Below, piece by piece: positions 27,301-39,189 of a stretch of 64,000 bases of DNA. The stretch comes from Lama glama. Taxonomy: Eukaryota. The notes under the pieces were generated by a model. The model did no database searches, was not told the origin of the DNA, and saw only the letters and a list, made by a program, of their open reading frames with translations. The DNA lies in assembly GCA_028534125.1 (NCBI GenBank), contig CM052816.1:49416001-49480000 (forward strand), written 5' to 3'. Position 1 is the stretch's first letter. Each line of letters starts with the position of its first letter. Made by a program: the position numbers and the translations under genes.

Positions 27301-28390
27301 TGGGGAGTGAGAGAGGTAGTGGTTACTCACACAGCTGTGCCTGGGGCCCTTGGTGTCTCGAAGGTTACCTTGGCCTGCTAGTGACAGGGCCAAGGCCTAG
27401 CTGATCCCGGGGTAGGGTCTGGCTTGCTGTGGGTGGACTGGGTCCACAGGCTGTGGGATCATGGTTTTCTGGTGTCTATACCCTGGTGGATGTGGCTGGT
27501 CTAGACATTCGTGCATGTTTCCTCAAGGGCAGGGCTGGTGTCTTTCCACTCGTGGGTAGAGCTAGGTTTTGGCCCTCCTGTGGGCAGGACTTTATTGAGG
27601 GGCATGTCTAGAGGTAGCTGTGGGCTTAATAAATCTTTAGGCAGTCTATCTACTGATGGTTGGGGCTGAGTCCCCACCCAGTTGTTTGGCCCGGGGTATC
27701 CCAGCACTACAGGCAGTTGACTGTGACTAGGTCTTGGCACTAATGAGCTAGAGGGAGACTCCCAAGATGGCAGCTGCCAGCAGCAGTGTTCACGTGGTAG
27801 AATGTTCCCCAACATGGCTGCTGCCACTGTCTTTATCCCCAGGGTGAGCCACAGCCAATCCCTGCGTCTCCAGGAGTCACCCTAAAACCAGCAGAAAGGC
27901 CCTGTCAAATTACTGCTTTTGCTCTAGGTCCTAGAGCCTGTGAGATTTTGTGTGCACTCTTCAGGAGTGAAACCTCTATTTCCCCCAGACCTATGGGACT
28001 CCCGAAATTAAGCCCTGCTGGTTTGCAGTGCCAAATGCTCTGGGGGCTCATCTTCCTGGTGCAGGAAATCTGGGCTGGGGAGCCTGACATGGGGCTCAGA
28101 ACTCTTACTTCTGTGTTAGAACCTCTACAATATAAAATTAACCTCTACAATATAAAATTATCCTCTAGTTTGTGGCCTGCCCACCAATATGGGATTTGAT
28201 TATACCATGAGTCCACCCCTCCTACCTGTCTCATTGTGGTTTCTTCTTTAAGTCTTTAGTTACAGAAGATCTTTTCTGGTAGTTTCCAGTCTTTTCATCC
28301 ATTATTGTTCTGCAGATAGTTGTTGTTCTGGTGTGCTCATGAGAGGAGGTGAGCTCAGATCTTTCTACTCTGCCATCTTGGCTGATCTCC
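21303..28390 (-). mobile_element. Full-length (~7.1 kb) decayed LINE-1: 5'UTR, ORF1, spacer, ORF2, 3'UTR
   Basis: Minus strand starts GGAGATCAGCCAAGATGGCAGAGTAG (YY1-type 5' motif). ORF1 remnants include ADFSAETLQAR...RLSFR...EIKSFTDKQKL (25947-26150). Endonuclease start-like segment ~25380-25425. RT motif LFADDMILY at 23366-23340. ORF2 C-terminal remnants (KINSKWIKDLN; NEILPFEATWMDLE). Degenerate TSD GTAAATTTTCATTGT (21288-21302) / ATGAATTTTCATTTT (28391-28405), then AA, fitting the TTTT/AA endonuclease site. Confidence 0.95.
21674..21784. repeat. Complex (TG)/(TA)/(TATG)/(CA) microsatellite inside the L1
   Basis: Read directly. Confidence 0.9.
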
Positions 28391-28783
28391 ATGAATTTTC
28401 ATTTTAAATAATAGATTAGATAGATGTTTACAGAGAAGACTTACCAGGGTTAATCTGGGGTATTTTCCTCATCAAACTGTGATGTCCCTAGTGTCTGGAG
28501 TTAAACAGGTTCCAATATTGTTGAGTTCAAGTGGAGATGTAGTCTTGGCTAACTGACCAGGGTTATGAGTGTGTAAGGGGAGTATGGGGGTATATGCTGA
28601 TGAATTTAGTCAAGACTAGTAAATTAATGAAATATTTGAGCTGCGAATTAACACTAGTCAAGAAAAGAATATCTGAGTATTTCACAGGCCTTAAATTTAA
28701 TAATTTAAAAGGAGCTGCTTAGTATAATGCCTGAGACATATTATATAATAAATGTTTTTTGAATGCATGAAACAGTACGTGAA

Positions 28784-28916
28784 GGGGTGGGGTATAGCTC
28801 AGTGGTAGAGCACATGCTTAACAGGCACAGAACCCTGGGTTCAATTGCCAGTGCCTCTATTAGAAAAAACAGTAAATGAATAAATCTAATTACTACCCCC
28901 ACCCGCAAAAGAAAAC
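28784..28916 (+). mobile_element. tRNA-derived SINE, camelid-type (Vic-1-like)
   Basis: GGGGTGGGGTATAGCTCAGTGGTAGAGC (A box) ... CCTGGGTTCAATTGCCAG (B box), then an A-rich segment and TAATTACTACCCCC tail. Degenerate TSD AACAGTACGTGAA (28771-28783) / AAGAGTAAGTGAA (28917-28929), 11/13 identical. Confidence 0.85.
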
Positions 28917-31900
28917 AAGAGTAAGTGAATGATTGAACATCTCATGATTAGGTTTCATTACTAGATGAGAGGGAAATTAACTGAGGAGGGGAATCAACCC
29001 ACACTCCTGGAAAAAATTAGAGCTCAGAGTAAGCGATGAGGAAAATAGTACCAAGTGACAGAGGAGCCGATAATGCTTATCATCATATTAATTCTTCAGG
29101 TGAGTCAAAGAAACCGACTGATCAAAAAATTTGATTGATAGAAATATTATTAAATGATGTTCCAAACTAAGAAAGTAAGATATCTTTTTTTTGGTCTACT
29201 TTTGTGAGGTAGCTGGTCAATCCATAAACTGCTCCTAGGTTCATCTTAAGGGACACATTCATATGTTTGGCCACTTTTCTCAAGAAAATGAAAAACTGCT
29301 CTTGATATATTGATGATGAAGTAAAGTTTAGGAAAACAAATCGTACTAGACAACCAACACTCCTGCTTACCAGAATTCTTAATAGAGATTTATTCTGTAG
29401 TTGAGTTGAAGCTGAGTAAGCAGAGAATTAATAATAAAATCTTAAATGTTCAGGATGCAAGTGAAAAACAGACTAATACCCACTTGTGATTTTTTTCAGT
29501 TTCTTCTTTCTGCTTCCTAAAATTTGCTATCCAGGTGTTTGGCTTCCTAGCTTGTGCCTCGTGTTCCACTTCCGGCCCTCCTAGGACTATGCCACCCCGT
29601 GCTGCCCCCTCCACGTTCACTAACCTTTTGAATTCCAGTGTGTACTCTGATTTCCATTTATCCTGATATGAGAAGTATCCATGAGGATGCCCTTAACTTT
29701 ATAGAGGAAAGTTCTCCCTGGGTTTCCTGGGAAGACATAGATGCATTCCCCCCTCCTCCCCGACACCCTCCTTTTCTACTTTGCCTATGTTTAAAGAAGA
29801 GACCGAAATCAAGCTAGGAATTAAATTCCTTGTTAGACCTCTTCACCACAAAATTGTTTAAATAGACTTAGGGATAGACTCACTACCCTTTTTAAAGATT
29901 TATACAATGAGGTATGGTATAGCTTCCTTCTCTGCTTCAGGTAGTTGGGAAATTTTCCTGCAGGGGGCAGAGACAAGCCAGCATATGACATACTCAAGTT
30001 TGCACACCTCTGGCACTGTAGTAGGGCTTGAATGCCACCAAAATTTCGTACCACTGAGGGTTATTTAGATTTGTTTGGGAGTGCTGAACAAAGTAAATAG
30101 GATGAAAGGAATTACGATGATTTCCAGTTTCCTTTTCACCCCATGCTAAGGACTGAATGGAGGGCTTGGTCACTGTCAGAAACTAATCTTTAATTCATGG
30201 ATTTGTTTATTAAGGACTGAATGATCTTAGAAATTAGAAAGCAGCAATACTCTAGTCGTTGCCCTGAGCTGTCTGTGAGTTGGTGCTTATTACTGTAGTG
30301 GGATGGGATCCTCAGCCAACAGTCCCAGGGACTGCCAGGAGCAGTGAGTTAAGTTCCCTGCTATCCACTTCCTCCACAGCCTTTTAGGGCAAAGGTGCCA
30401 TCTGAGACTAAAAAAGGAGATCGGTTTTGTAGCATTACGAAGGATTTTACAGAACTAATTAGAAGCAAAAGAGCCGGCGTCTCCCTTGTTAGGAATGTAA
30501 GCTATTCAGGGAATTCAGAAGATTTTTCTTCTGTGTTTGAAAAAATAAAAATTAAAAAAGCTAAAAGAAATATGATGATAATAAATGTAAGTAAAGTAGA
30601 CTATAAAGCAAATAAAACATTTTACTGTGGTTAAAAAACTATTAAAGGTAAAGGGCCTAGAAATTACCTTTCTTTAAAAGTAAACTGGCTAACAGTTGTG
30701 GATCAGTAATCTATGCACTTAAGTTATCAAAACCAAGGCTCTTATAAGGGAGAAAACTTCTTGGCATTTTTCAGTCATTGCTCAGGGTTCCCAGGCAGAA
30801 CTGAGTCACAAACTCGAGCCATAGCCCAGAGTGACACGTTATTTAATACAGGAAAGGAAAATGTTAAAATAATAGACGGGTGTTTTCGGCTGATTCTGAG
30901 TCATATCGTTATAGACGGTACTTGAAACATTTTAACCGCTGACCCTACACACTATTATGATGTCTCCTACTCATAAACAGGAAGCCCAGAAAATAGTTTA
31001 CATCTCAGTATCTCTGTTACTTTTATCTTTAAAATTACACAAATGCAATTTTATAACATTTTGGCAAGAGTTCCTCTCTTCTTTCCATTTGGAGGCACTT
31101 TTATTTACTCATCAACAATTGGGAGGAATTTAAAGAATCCTCTAAACTCATCATTTTTAAGAAAGCCTGATTTTTCATTTCTATTTTCAAATTTATGTTT
31201 TTTGTCATTACATTATTTTAAAGAAAACATTCAGGAATGTATTCTGTACAGTAAAATGGTAAATAATAATTCAACTAAATGGGATATTAATGTTTTCAGT
31301 TTTAATTACTGATAATTAGAAGATTGAGGGCCCATATTACAGTGGGTTTTTACTGTGTAAGCTGCAACTTTTCAGTTCAAAATATCCGTTTCATTATCTT
31401 TCAGATCATAAACTGCAATACAAATCAAATTGTATCTCTGTATGTGTTTAAGAAAACTATAATGATTAGAATAGACTAGAAATCTCTGAATTCTCTGAGG
31501 ATGTAGTGAGACAATGGTGAAATTTTGCTTCATTGTCTCTTTTATATATGCTTTATAATTTTGTTCATGAAAATGAAAGCTTCCCTATGAATTAAAGTCC
31601 CCAAGATCATCAAATAAAATAAGAAAGGCATGCTGTCATGGTATTTTCAAAACCTTATTAAAAATCTTGGTTTAAATCACTTTTTTTGTTTTGCTCACTC
31701 TCAAAGGCATAAGTTCAAGATATTATAATTTTCCTCATGGTGAGGAGCGTGATATTTCCTTCATCCTTCCAATGTTAATATAAGCATTATGGTTTTGTAT
31801 GGGTTTTTGTGGGAAAGTTATGGGTTAAGAACAGTTAATCACGTATTTCATATTATGTTAATGCAGTAATTTAAGAAAAATTACAGCTATGATATGAGAC

Positions 31901-32859
31901 ATGCATAATATTTTATTTTAGTGAAATGTTTAAAATTACTGTATATGTTAAGGAATGTGATAGGAGTATTTTATCTTCAGATAGAAGTAACAGAATCAAT
32001 GTCAATTAACACATAAAATTAAATGTTAATCTCCTCATGGAAAAATAAATAAACCATAATTTAAATTGCATTTGCCAAAATACCATGTATTAAAATACAT
32101 TCCACTTGAACTTTGTTTTTCTTTAAATGAAACAGTGATTGTGAAAAAAAATTTTTGATGGAGTTCTCTTGTTAAATTGTAGCTTATTTTGGAACCAGGG
32201 AAACCAAAGAGGATTTTACATATTCATTTGTTTATGGAGACAGAAATATCTTACTCTAAGTTTCATTTAGCTTTGGTCCAATTACTATGCCTGATGTATC
32301 AAACTAGAAGTCTTGTATATTTTAAATAAATAAATCTCTGGAGAAAAAGAGAAATACCAATGAAAACTAGATAAAAGGGATAGATACAGTCCAGACTTGT
32401 CCTTTGGACTGTTTCAGTATCATTTTTCCCCAGTTAATCTTATATTTAAACAGCTATGGCTATGGTGGGCATGAAAGGAGTTTTTGTCATTTTGCTTTAA
32501 ATCTGAAGACATTGCGTTCCAGGTTTCTGTCAAATATAACCTCAAAGTTTACAACATCCGATCCTGTCGAATCCTCACAAGCCTTCTTTCTTGCTTGCTG
32601 AAGGAAACATTATTATTTTTTTCTTTTTTTCTATTCTGTACATTCATAAACATTATTTCCTCTCTACACTGACAGTAATGTCTTTATTCCTTAAAGTTAT
32701 TTTTTGAGCAAATGCTGGTATATAGGAAATGACTGTACCATCTGCAGTGGACCCAGGAGACCTGAAGTCAGGTACTGTGCCATAAAAGGTCACTAGAATG
32801 GTCACTATAGAGTCAGGATCAATGCAAGTGTGTATTTATTTAGCATTTATTTGGCAGCA

Positions 32860-34655
32860 GTTGTAACAATTCAATGGGGAAAAGAAATAAGTCTGAAAAT
32901 ATGAAAAGAGGAAGTAAAACTAATAGAACTTTCAGATGATATAATTGTATATCTGGAAAACCCGAAAAAAATACTAAAAACCTGGTTCAAACAGTAAAAG
33001 ACTTTGATAAAGTAGCTGGGTATAATATAAATACACACACAAATAGCTTTCTTATAAATGTAAACAGCTAGTTACAAAATATAACAGGGAAAAAAATCTC
33101 CCTTGGAGGTAGGTACATAAAAATATAAAATATCTAAGTAGAAACCTAACAAGAGAAACATAAAAGAAAACTTGAATATATAGATAAGAATAATAATACT
33201 ATAAATATGCATATTCTCTCATTTCAACTAGACAAGTTTATTCCAAAGTTCATATGGAGAAAAATAAATGTACACCATTAGTGAGGGAATATTTTTAAAA
33301 ATGAAGGTGTTTTACCTGAGCAGTTGTTAAAAAATGTTTTTAAACAAGAATACCTAAGAGTATGGTGCTAGCACATGAATAGATAATTCAGTGGTGTCAT
33401 CTATAAAGGCAGTCAGTAGCACCAAATATATCGTGACTAGGTGACTGTGTTGGCATGCCATAGAAGTAAAGAAGACATGAATTTATTCAGTAAATGGTTT
33501 TTATGTAACTGGTAGTTTTATGTAAAATAAGTAAGATCTATACTACCCCTTTACACAAAAATAAATTTCAGTTGGATAAAAATTGAAAATACACACATGA
33601 AAACATCCATAAAAGTACTGTGAGAAAATGTAAGAGAATATGTTTATAAACTCAGAATAGTGAGAGCCTGTGTTAGCAAAAAATGAACCCTAGTAATCAT
33701 AAAGCAAAGATGGTTAAGTTTCATCACTCCAAATATAAAACATTTTAGCACAGCATAAGCAAACAACAGCTGTAAACTAGCTGAATAAATTTTTTGATGT
33801 AAATATGACACACAATTGGCTATTTTCTCTATTATATGCAGAGCTCCTACCAGTCAAGATAAAGGTCAGCAGTCTGGTAGAAAAAAAGAGCAAAAGGCAT
33901 GAAATGTAGTAACATAAAGAAAATATGAATTATTTGTTAATATGTGAAAAGTTGCTAAAACCACATAATAAAAAATATTCAAAACCATGAGATACCATTT
34001 TTTTTAATCTGCAAGACTGACAAGAACAAAAATTGCAGTCACACTGTATTAACCAAGATGGTAAGGAAGACAAGCTGTCTGATGCATTATAGGTGGAAGG
34101 ATGGATCCATACATGTTTTATGACTCACACTATGGTGGTATCTACCACAATTTTAGATGCAGGCACCCTCAACCAACACTACCAGTTCAGGCAGTCTTTT
34201 CTAATGAGTTTATCTTGCACATGTATCCAATTGTGCATTCACTGCAGCATCGCTTGTAATCACAAAAGATTGGAAACAACTTAAATGTCTATCAAAAGGG
34301 ATTTATGTTACACAAATACTATGCCAGTCTTTGATGCAACTTCAAAAATTTATAACTTATTGGGGAAAAAATCAACATGCATAGTGTTTATAATTTAGTA
34401 ATTTTTGTGAAAAGCAAGTATGTATACACGTATACACTCTATATACACATGTGTATTTGTGTGTTATTGTGTGTGTATGTACATATACACACATCTTTTG
34501 AAGGATATACCATCATAGCTACTAGGTACCAGCTGGTGGCCCCAGGGAGGGAATGTGTAAGGAGGGAATGTCGTCAAGAGGGAAACTTTTATTTCCCTAT
34601 ATATCCACCTGTACCTTGAACTTTTACTACATCTGTGTATTAATCATTAAAACAT
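32860..34655 (+). mobile_element. Ancient L1 (L1ME-like) ORF2-3'UTR relic
   Basis: From 32929 translates LSDDIIVYLENPK (decayed RT FADD motif), followed by A-rich degenerate ORF2 and 3'UTR. Confidence 0.8.
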
Positions 34656-35489
34656 ATTTTAGGGAGCTAAAGACTTAGTTGCTAAATGGGTTGAGCAGGA
34701 AACTGGAAGGAAGGAATTAGAGCCAGCAGAAATTGCTCTTACCAGTGTCAGACTCTGAAGACAAAGGGTCACTCTTGTGTAATGACCCTGCGTACCTTCT
34801 GGAAACAGCATCCATCAGGGAATCAGGCAGCAAAATACTGGGAACTCTGAATTTGGTATAAAATGTGAGGTTTTAGAAATGAATTTTTCCTTAGTGTTCA
34901 TAGTGGAAAGACTGAATATGTTGTAATAACTATAACTGGAAAATAACCTTTAAAAATTGTACAAAAATAAAAAAATTGGGGGCAAAAAAGTAATATTCAT
35001 CTATATCCAAGACATGCAGTTACCTTTGCAGCAGGAATCGCTTATATTTGGAAAGATTAGGTTGACGCCAATGAAACAACTAGAGAAAAATAAGAAGTAT
35101 TGATTCTAAGAAAGCATGGTTCTGTGGTGCTGGAATAATTTGGGAGGTCTTATGAGGAGACAGGAATTTAGCTAGTAGAATTTATAAGAGATCTTTTCAG
35201 ATGGGGATAACAGCATGGCCAGAGAGTTGGAGGAAAGAATTTTCTTGGTGTTTATGGAGAGTGATGGAAAAAAAAGTGTGATGAGTTTGAGTTATGCAAA
35301 TGTTTTAGACAACTTTAAAATATACTGGGAATTCTACATTCAAGCAAAGTATCCTGTAAAATGATAAATCAAGACCAGAGAGCATGCAGACTGTACTTAA
35401 AAAAAAAAGACAATTACAGTTATAGCCACTTAAATTGAAAATATAAGTAAATGAAATAAGTTAGACCACTGACAAAATAGATGCCACAA

Positions 35490-35857
35490 CAGAATGGTTA
35501 TGATAACTGCTCCTGGAATCAAGCCAGGACTCAGATTCTAGCTTCTGGCTCCATCCCCCACTGCTGCCTTAATCTTGGGCAAATTACTTGAATGCTTTGA
35601 TCCCTGGTTTCCTCAACTGTTAAATGGAAATAATAATAATATGTACTTCATCAAGGTTGTTGGGATGATTTAATGAAGCAATGTATGTGACAGTGCATAG
35701 TGCTTGGCATACAGCTGCCCCCCCCCATTATTGTTGCTGGTAGAGTGAAGTGGTTTCTGGATTCGGACTGACATTAACTTGAGACCACAGGCAACTTACC
35801 TAACCTATCTGTGCCTCATTCCTTTTCTCTAAAAAGGGAATAATGATAGTGACTTAC
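35490..35857 (+). mobile_element. Two adjacent MIR SINE relics
   Basis: CTTGGGCAAATTACTTGAATG...GTTTCCTCAACTGTTAAATGG...GTTGTTGGGATGATTTAATGA; second core AACCTATCTGTGCCTCATTCC. Confidence 0.7.
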
Positions 35858-36005
35858 TGTATTACTTTTCCCTGGTTGGTTGATTAACAAGTTATCAGAA
35901 ATTTAGTGGTTTCAAACACCAATTTATGAGGTCACAGCTCTGCGAGTCACAAGTCCAGGTGGGCTTGACTACACTGTCTGCTTTAGATCTCACAAGGCTG
36001 AGATT
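35858..36005 (-). mobile_element. MLT1 LTR fragment
   Basis: TAACAAGTTATCAGAAATTTAGTGGTTTCAAACACCAATTTAT...TCACAGCTCTG...TCTCACAAGGCTG. Confidence 0.6.
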
Positions 36006-36649
36006 TTAATTCAGGAGAATTTTGGATATTAAAGAAAATAAAGTCTTTGAAATGCAAAATACAGTTTTTAAATATAAAATTTAAAAAATAATAGTACTGA
36101 GTGTAACTTGATCAAATTATCTGACTTTTCCTATAACTAGTTTATTGATAAATATTACTCAGTAATTACAGGAATAATAAAAATTCTATATTTAGTGTTT
36201 ATTTGTTGCTTGACAAATTAAAAGATGAGTTAATTTTTCTATATAATTTAATGGGGGAGGAGAATGGGGATAATTAGCTACTGAGGAAAATTCTTTTGGA
36301 ATTCCATATGTGACTGTGACCTTCATCATTATCCTCATCATCATCATCACCACCACTGTGTGCCCACTACTGGCCTGGGTCCTTTTGTGACAGTAATCTA
36401 CCACTATGAGTTTGGTATTAAATTACTAAGTCCATTTTAGAGAGGAGAGTACTGAGGCCGGACAACTAACTGACTTGCTTATGTTGAAAGAATTATAATG
36501 ATAGAGACAGTATTCCAGTCAGATATGTTCTGCTCCAGAATCCAAACACTGAACTGATAAGAAAAATTCTTGAAAACTAGTAAACTTTTTCACAGTCTCT
36601 TTTTTGTTTGTTTTGCAGATATTTTATTCTGCTTTATTTTCAGATGTTT

Positions 36650-36940
36650 CCCAAGTTGTTTTCCTTGTAACACTAAATCCAATATGTTAACAGGTGTTCT
36701 GAGAAAGAGCTTGCCTTAGTAACTAAAGTTTGCAAAATGCTGGCTTAACACTTTTGGAAAAGTTTCTTAATCACTGGACCTTTCTAAGTTTTTAATATGC
36801 TAACATTCACTGTGAATCTTTAAGAGGCTGCTTTGATAGGTGATGTTTCCCAAAGTTATTTGACCATGACACTTTTTTTTTTTCCTATTAACATCTTGGG
36901 GAGAGTGAGCCTGCAGAAAATATTTTGGAAAGTGCTGTCT
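36650..36940. mobile_element. Old hAT-Charlie-like non-autonomous element
   Basis: AATATGCTAACATTCACTGTGAATCT...TGTTTCCCAAAGTTATTTGACCATG...TTTTGGAAAGTGCTG; family recognised only loosely. Confidence 0.45.
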
Positions 36941-39118
36941 TCAATTGATACATAGATTCATTTTCAGCACTTTAGGCATATATTTGGAGAAGCTATAAAA
37001 CTGTAGGTTGGATCGTATGTGATTAGTAAAGGTCCCTTAGCACTTTATGTGAAATAAAAATTCGTAACAGAACTTCACCCTTTTACTTTTTCTTGTCCTT
37101 TTTTTAATGTCTATTTCTGTGGCCCTTTAACATTTCTTATATTTCACTTCTGAAGAGGTTCTATATGAATTTAGTAAGAGTGAAATGAGTCCTATAAATG
37201 TAAATTAGATTAAGTGCCTGGAATTTTCAAAATGAAACGCTTATTGGTGTATGATCATTGTCAATAAGTGGGAAAAAAGACAGGGTAACTAAGTATACGG
37301 AACTATGAGTCTAAAGTCTGTGTATCAAATTTAGATTGGAAATGGGACTTAAGAAAGTAGAGGTATTAAACTGGCAGCATATTTTACAAGTAAACTACCA
37401 GGTAATACAGAATGGCATTTACAGTCACATTTCCAGGTATTTGGTCATAGAATATGCATTTTAATGTAGTTTTACACTCCTGTAGTTTTTTGTTTTTTAA
37501 GAATTTAAACTAAAAGATAGTTTTAGTACCATATGCTGTTGCAAAAAAAGTTACTTAACTTGCTAACATGCCTATTAAGTGAGGTCATATATTATCAGAA
37601 AAGTAGGAATAAACAACAAAATAGGAAAACAAAAAACTCTTGGCACACTTTTTTTCTTTAAAATCTCATCACAGAGTCATTGGTTTCTGATTTTACGTTT
37701 TTGAGATTTAGTACTATCCTTTAGAAATAATACCTTTAAAAAATATTAAATACCTCATTTCAAAAAATTAAAGAGATGGGCATGCCACAGCATGACTGAA
37801 AGCATAATCTCAAAATTAAGAGTGATGTATCAGAAAGTTGGGATTTGATAAAGACTGCTTTGCTACAGCTCTGCACAATGATGTCTTACTCAAACTTCTG
37901 TTGCTTTAAGCAAGAAAATAGGCTGTAAATCGATGATTCTCTGTCTTAGCAAAGGCATTTTAAAAAATATTCTTTTACCCTTCTACCAAACAAGAGATCT
38001 GAACAAACCTTGTTTTGAAATCATTTTTATTGTTGCTGTTGTTTTTTGTTGGCATGTCACTGTGTACAGTATCTTAACTCCTCCATAGCAGTATGCAGTG
38101 TTACTTTTCCATCAGCTTTGCATCCTTGTTCTCACTTCAAATTCCAAAGGAAGGTAGAAATTGAAGTTTAAAGGACTCAAGGAGGTAACAGGAGGTGAAG
38201 TTGCATGACCAATTGTCCTCTTTTTTTGGGGGGGGTGCTACTCCTTTCAAATACTTGCCTTCAAGAATGTTTCCTTCAATTTCTTTATGTCTATGCTTCT
38301 GTCTCTCCCTACCTCCCCCCTAAAAGAAAAAAAAAGACGACTTTTTCATTTTATTACCTGCAACTGCCAGAACTGAATCTATGTAAGCCAAGCAAATATT
38401 CTAACTGAAAAACAGACGAAAAAGCACTATTGTAAGCCATGAGCTGTATTTTGGCTCATCCACTTTGACTGCAAAAGCTAGACTATTTGTATTGCTTTTG
38501 GTGGGTAGAGGGGAAATTTGACCTACCATAGCGATGCTTCAAGAATCTCTCCTTGCCTTCTGTCTTATTGCATGGTTCCCAAACTCACCCTACTATTTAT
38601 TTGAAACAGATGTCCTGCTTAATGAGATTCATGTTTCCCACTCGCTTGCCCCATGCGGTCACCTTTTTTTGCCCACGTGGACAGATGAGCCCACAACACT
38701 CTCTTCCAAGCCTAGAACCAACTAAAGTGCATACAGAGCAGCAGCGGAGCAGCCCTGTCCTAGCTTAAAGGTTGGCTGCTGACTAAGTTGCCTTTCCTGA
38801 GAATCCAGGACAATTCACTTTGCAGGGTTCTGTCCTCTCAAGCAGCTTCGTGCCCCAAGAGTCACTTTTCATGATCTCTTAACTTCTTTTCCTGGCTAGA
38901 CTGAGAATGGAACTTGAGGGGATTCCGTAACGTGGTTAATTATAGTCAGTGCTGGAAAACAAGAGAATATCAGACACCAAGGGTGCCTCTCTTAACCCCA
39001 GAGTCTCTGGCGTGTGTGGAGAAGGCACGAGCGCTGTAGGAACTTCAGAGGCAGTGGCAGGTGCTAGGGTGTGGCTGCAGTTGTCTCCCTTTTCTTTTCC
39101 AGCAGAAGGAGCCACCTC

Positions 39119-39150
39119 TGAGAGGGAGAGGGAGAGAGAGAGAGAGAGAG
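39119..39150. repeat. (GA)n purine-rich microsatellite just upstream of the GC boxes
   Basis: GAGAGGGAGAGGGAGAGAGAGAGAGAGAGAG read directly. Confidence 0.9.
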
Positions 39151-39189
39151 GTGGGGAAGAAAAGGGGGAGATTGGTAGAGGGAATAGGA

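Noticed and set aside
21534..28199. ORFs within the long L1 as host genes or an active retrotransposon
   Set aside because: Minus-strand ORFs are fragmented ORF1/ORF2; plus-strand ones are T-rich antisense artefacts. Not retrotransposition-competent.
28784..28858. Possible tRNA gene
   Set aside because: A and B boxes are present, but the anticodon and acceptor stems are degenerate, and it has a SINE tail and TSD.
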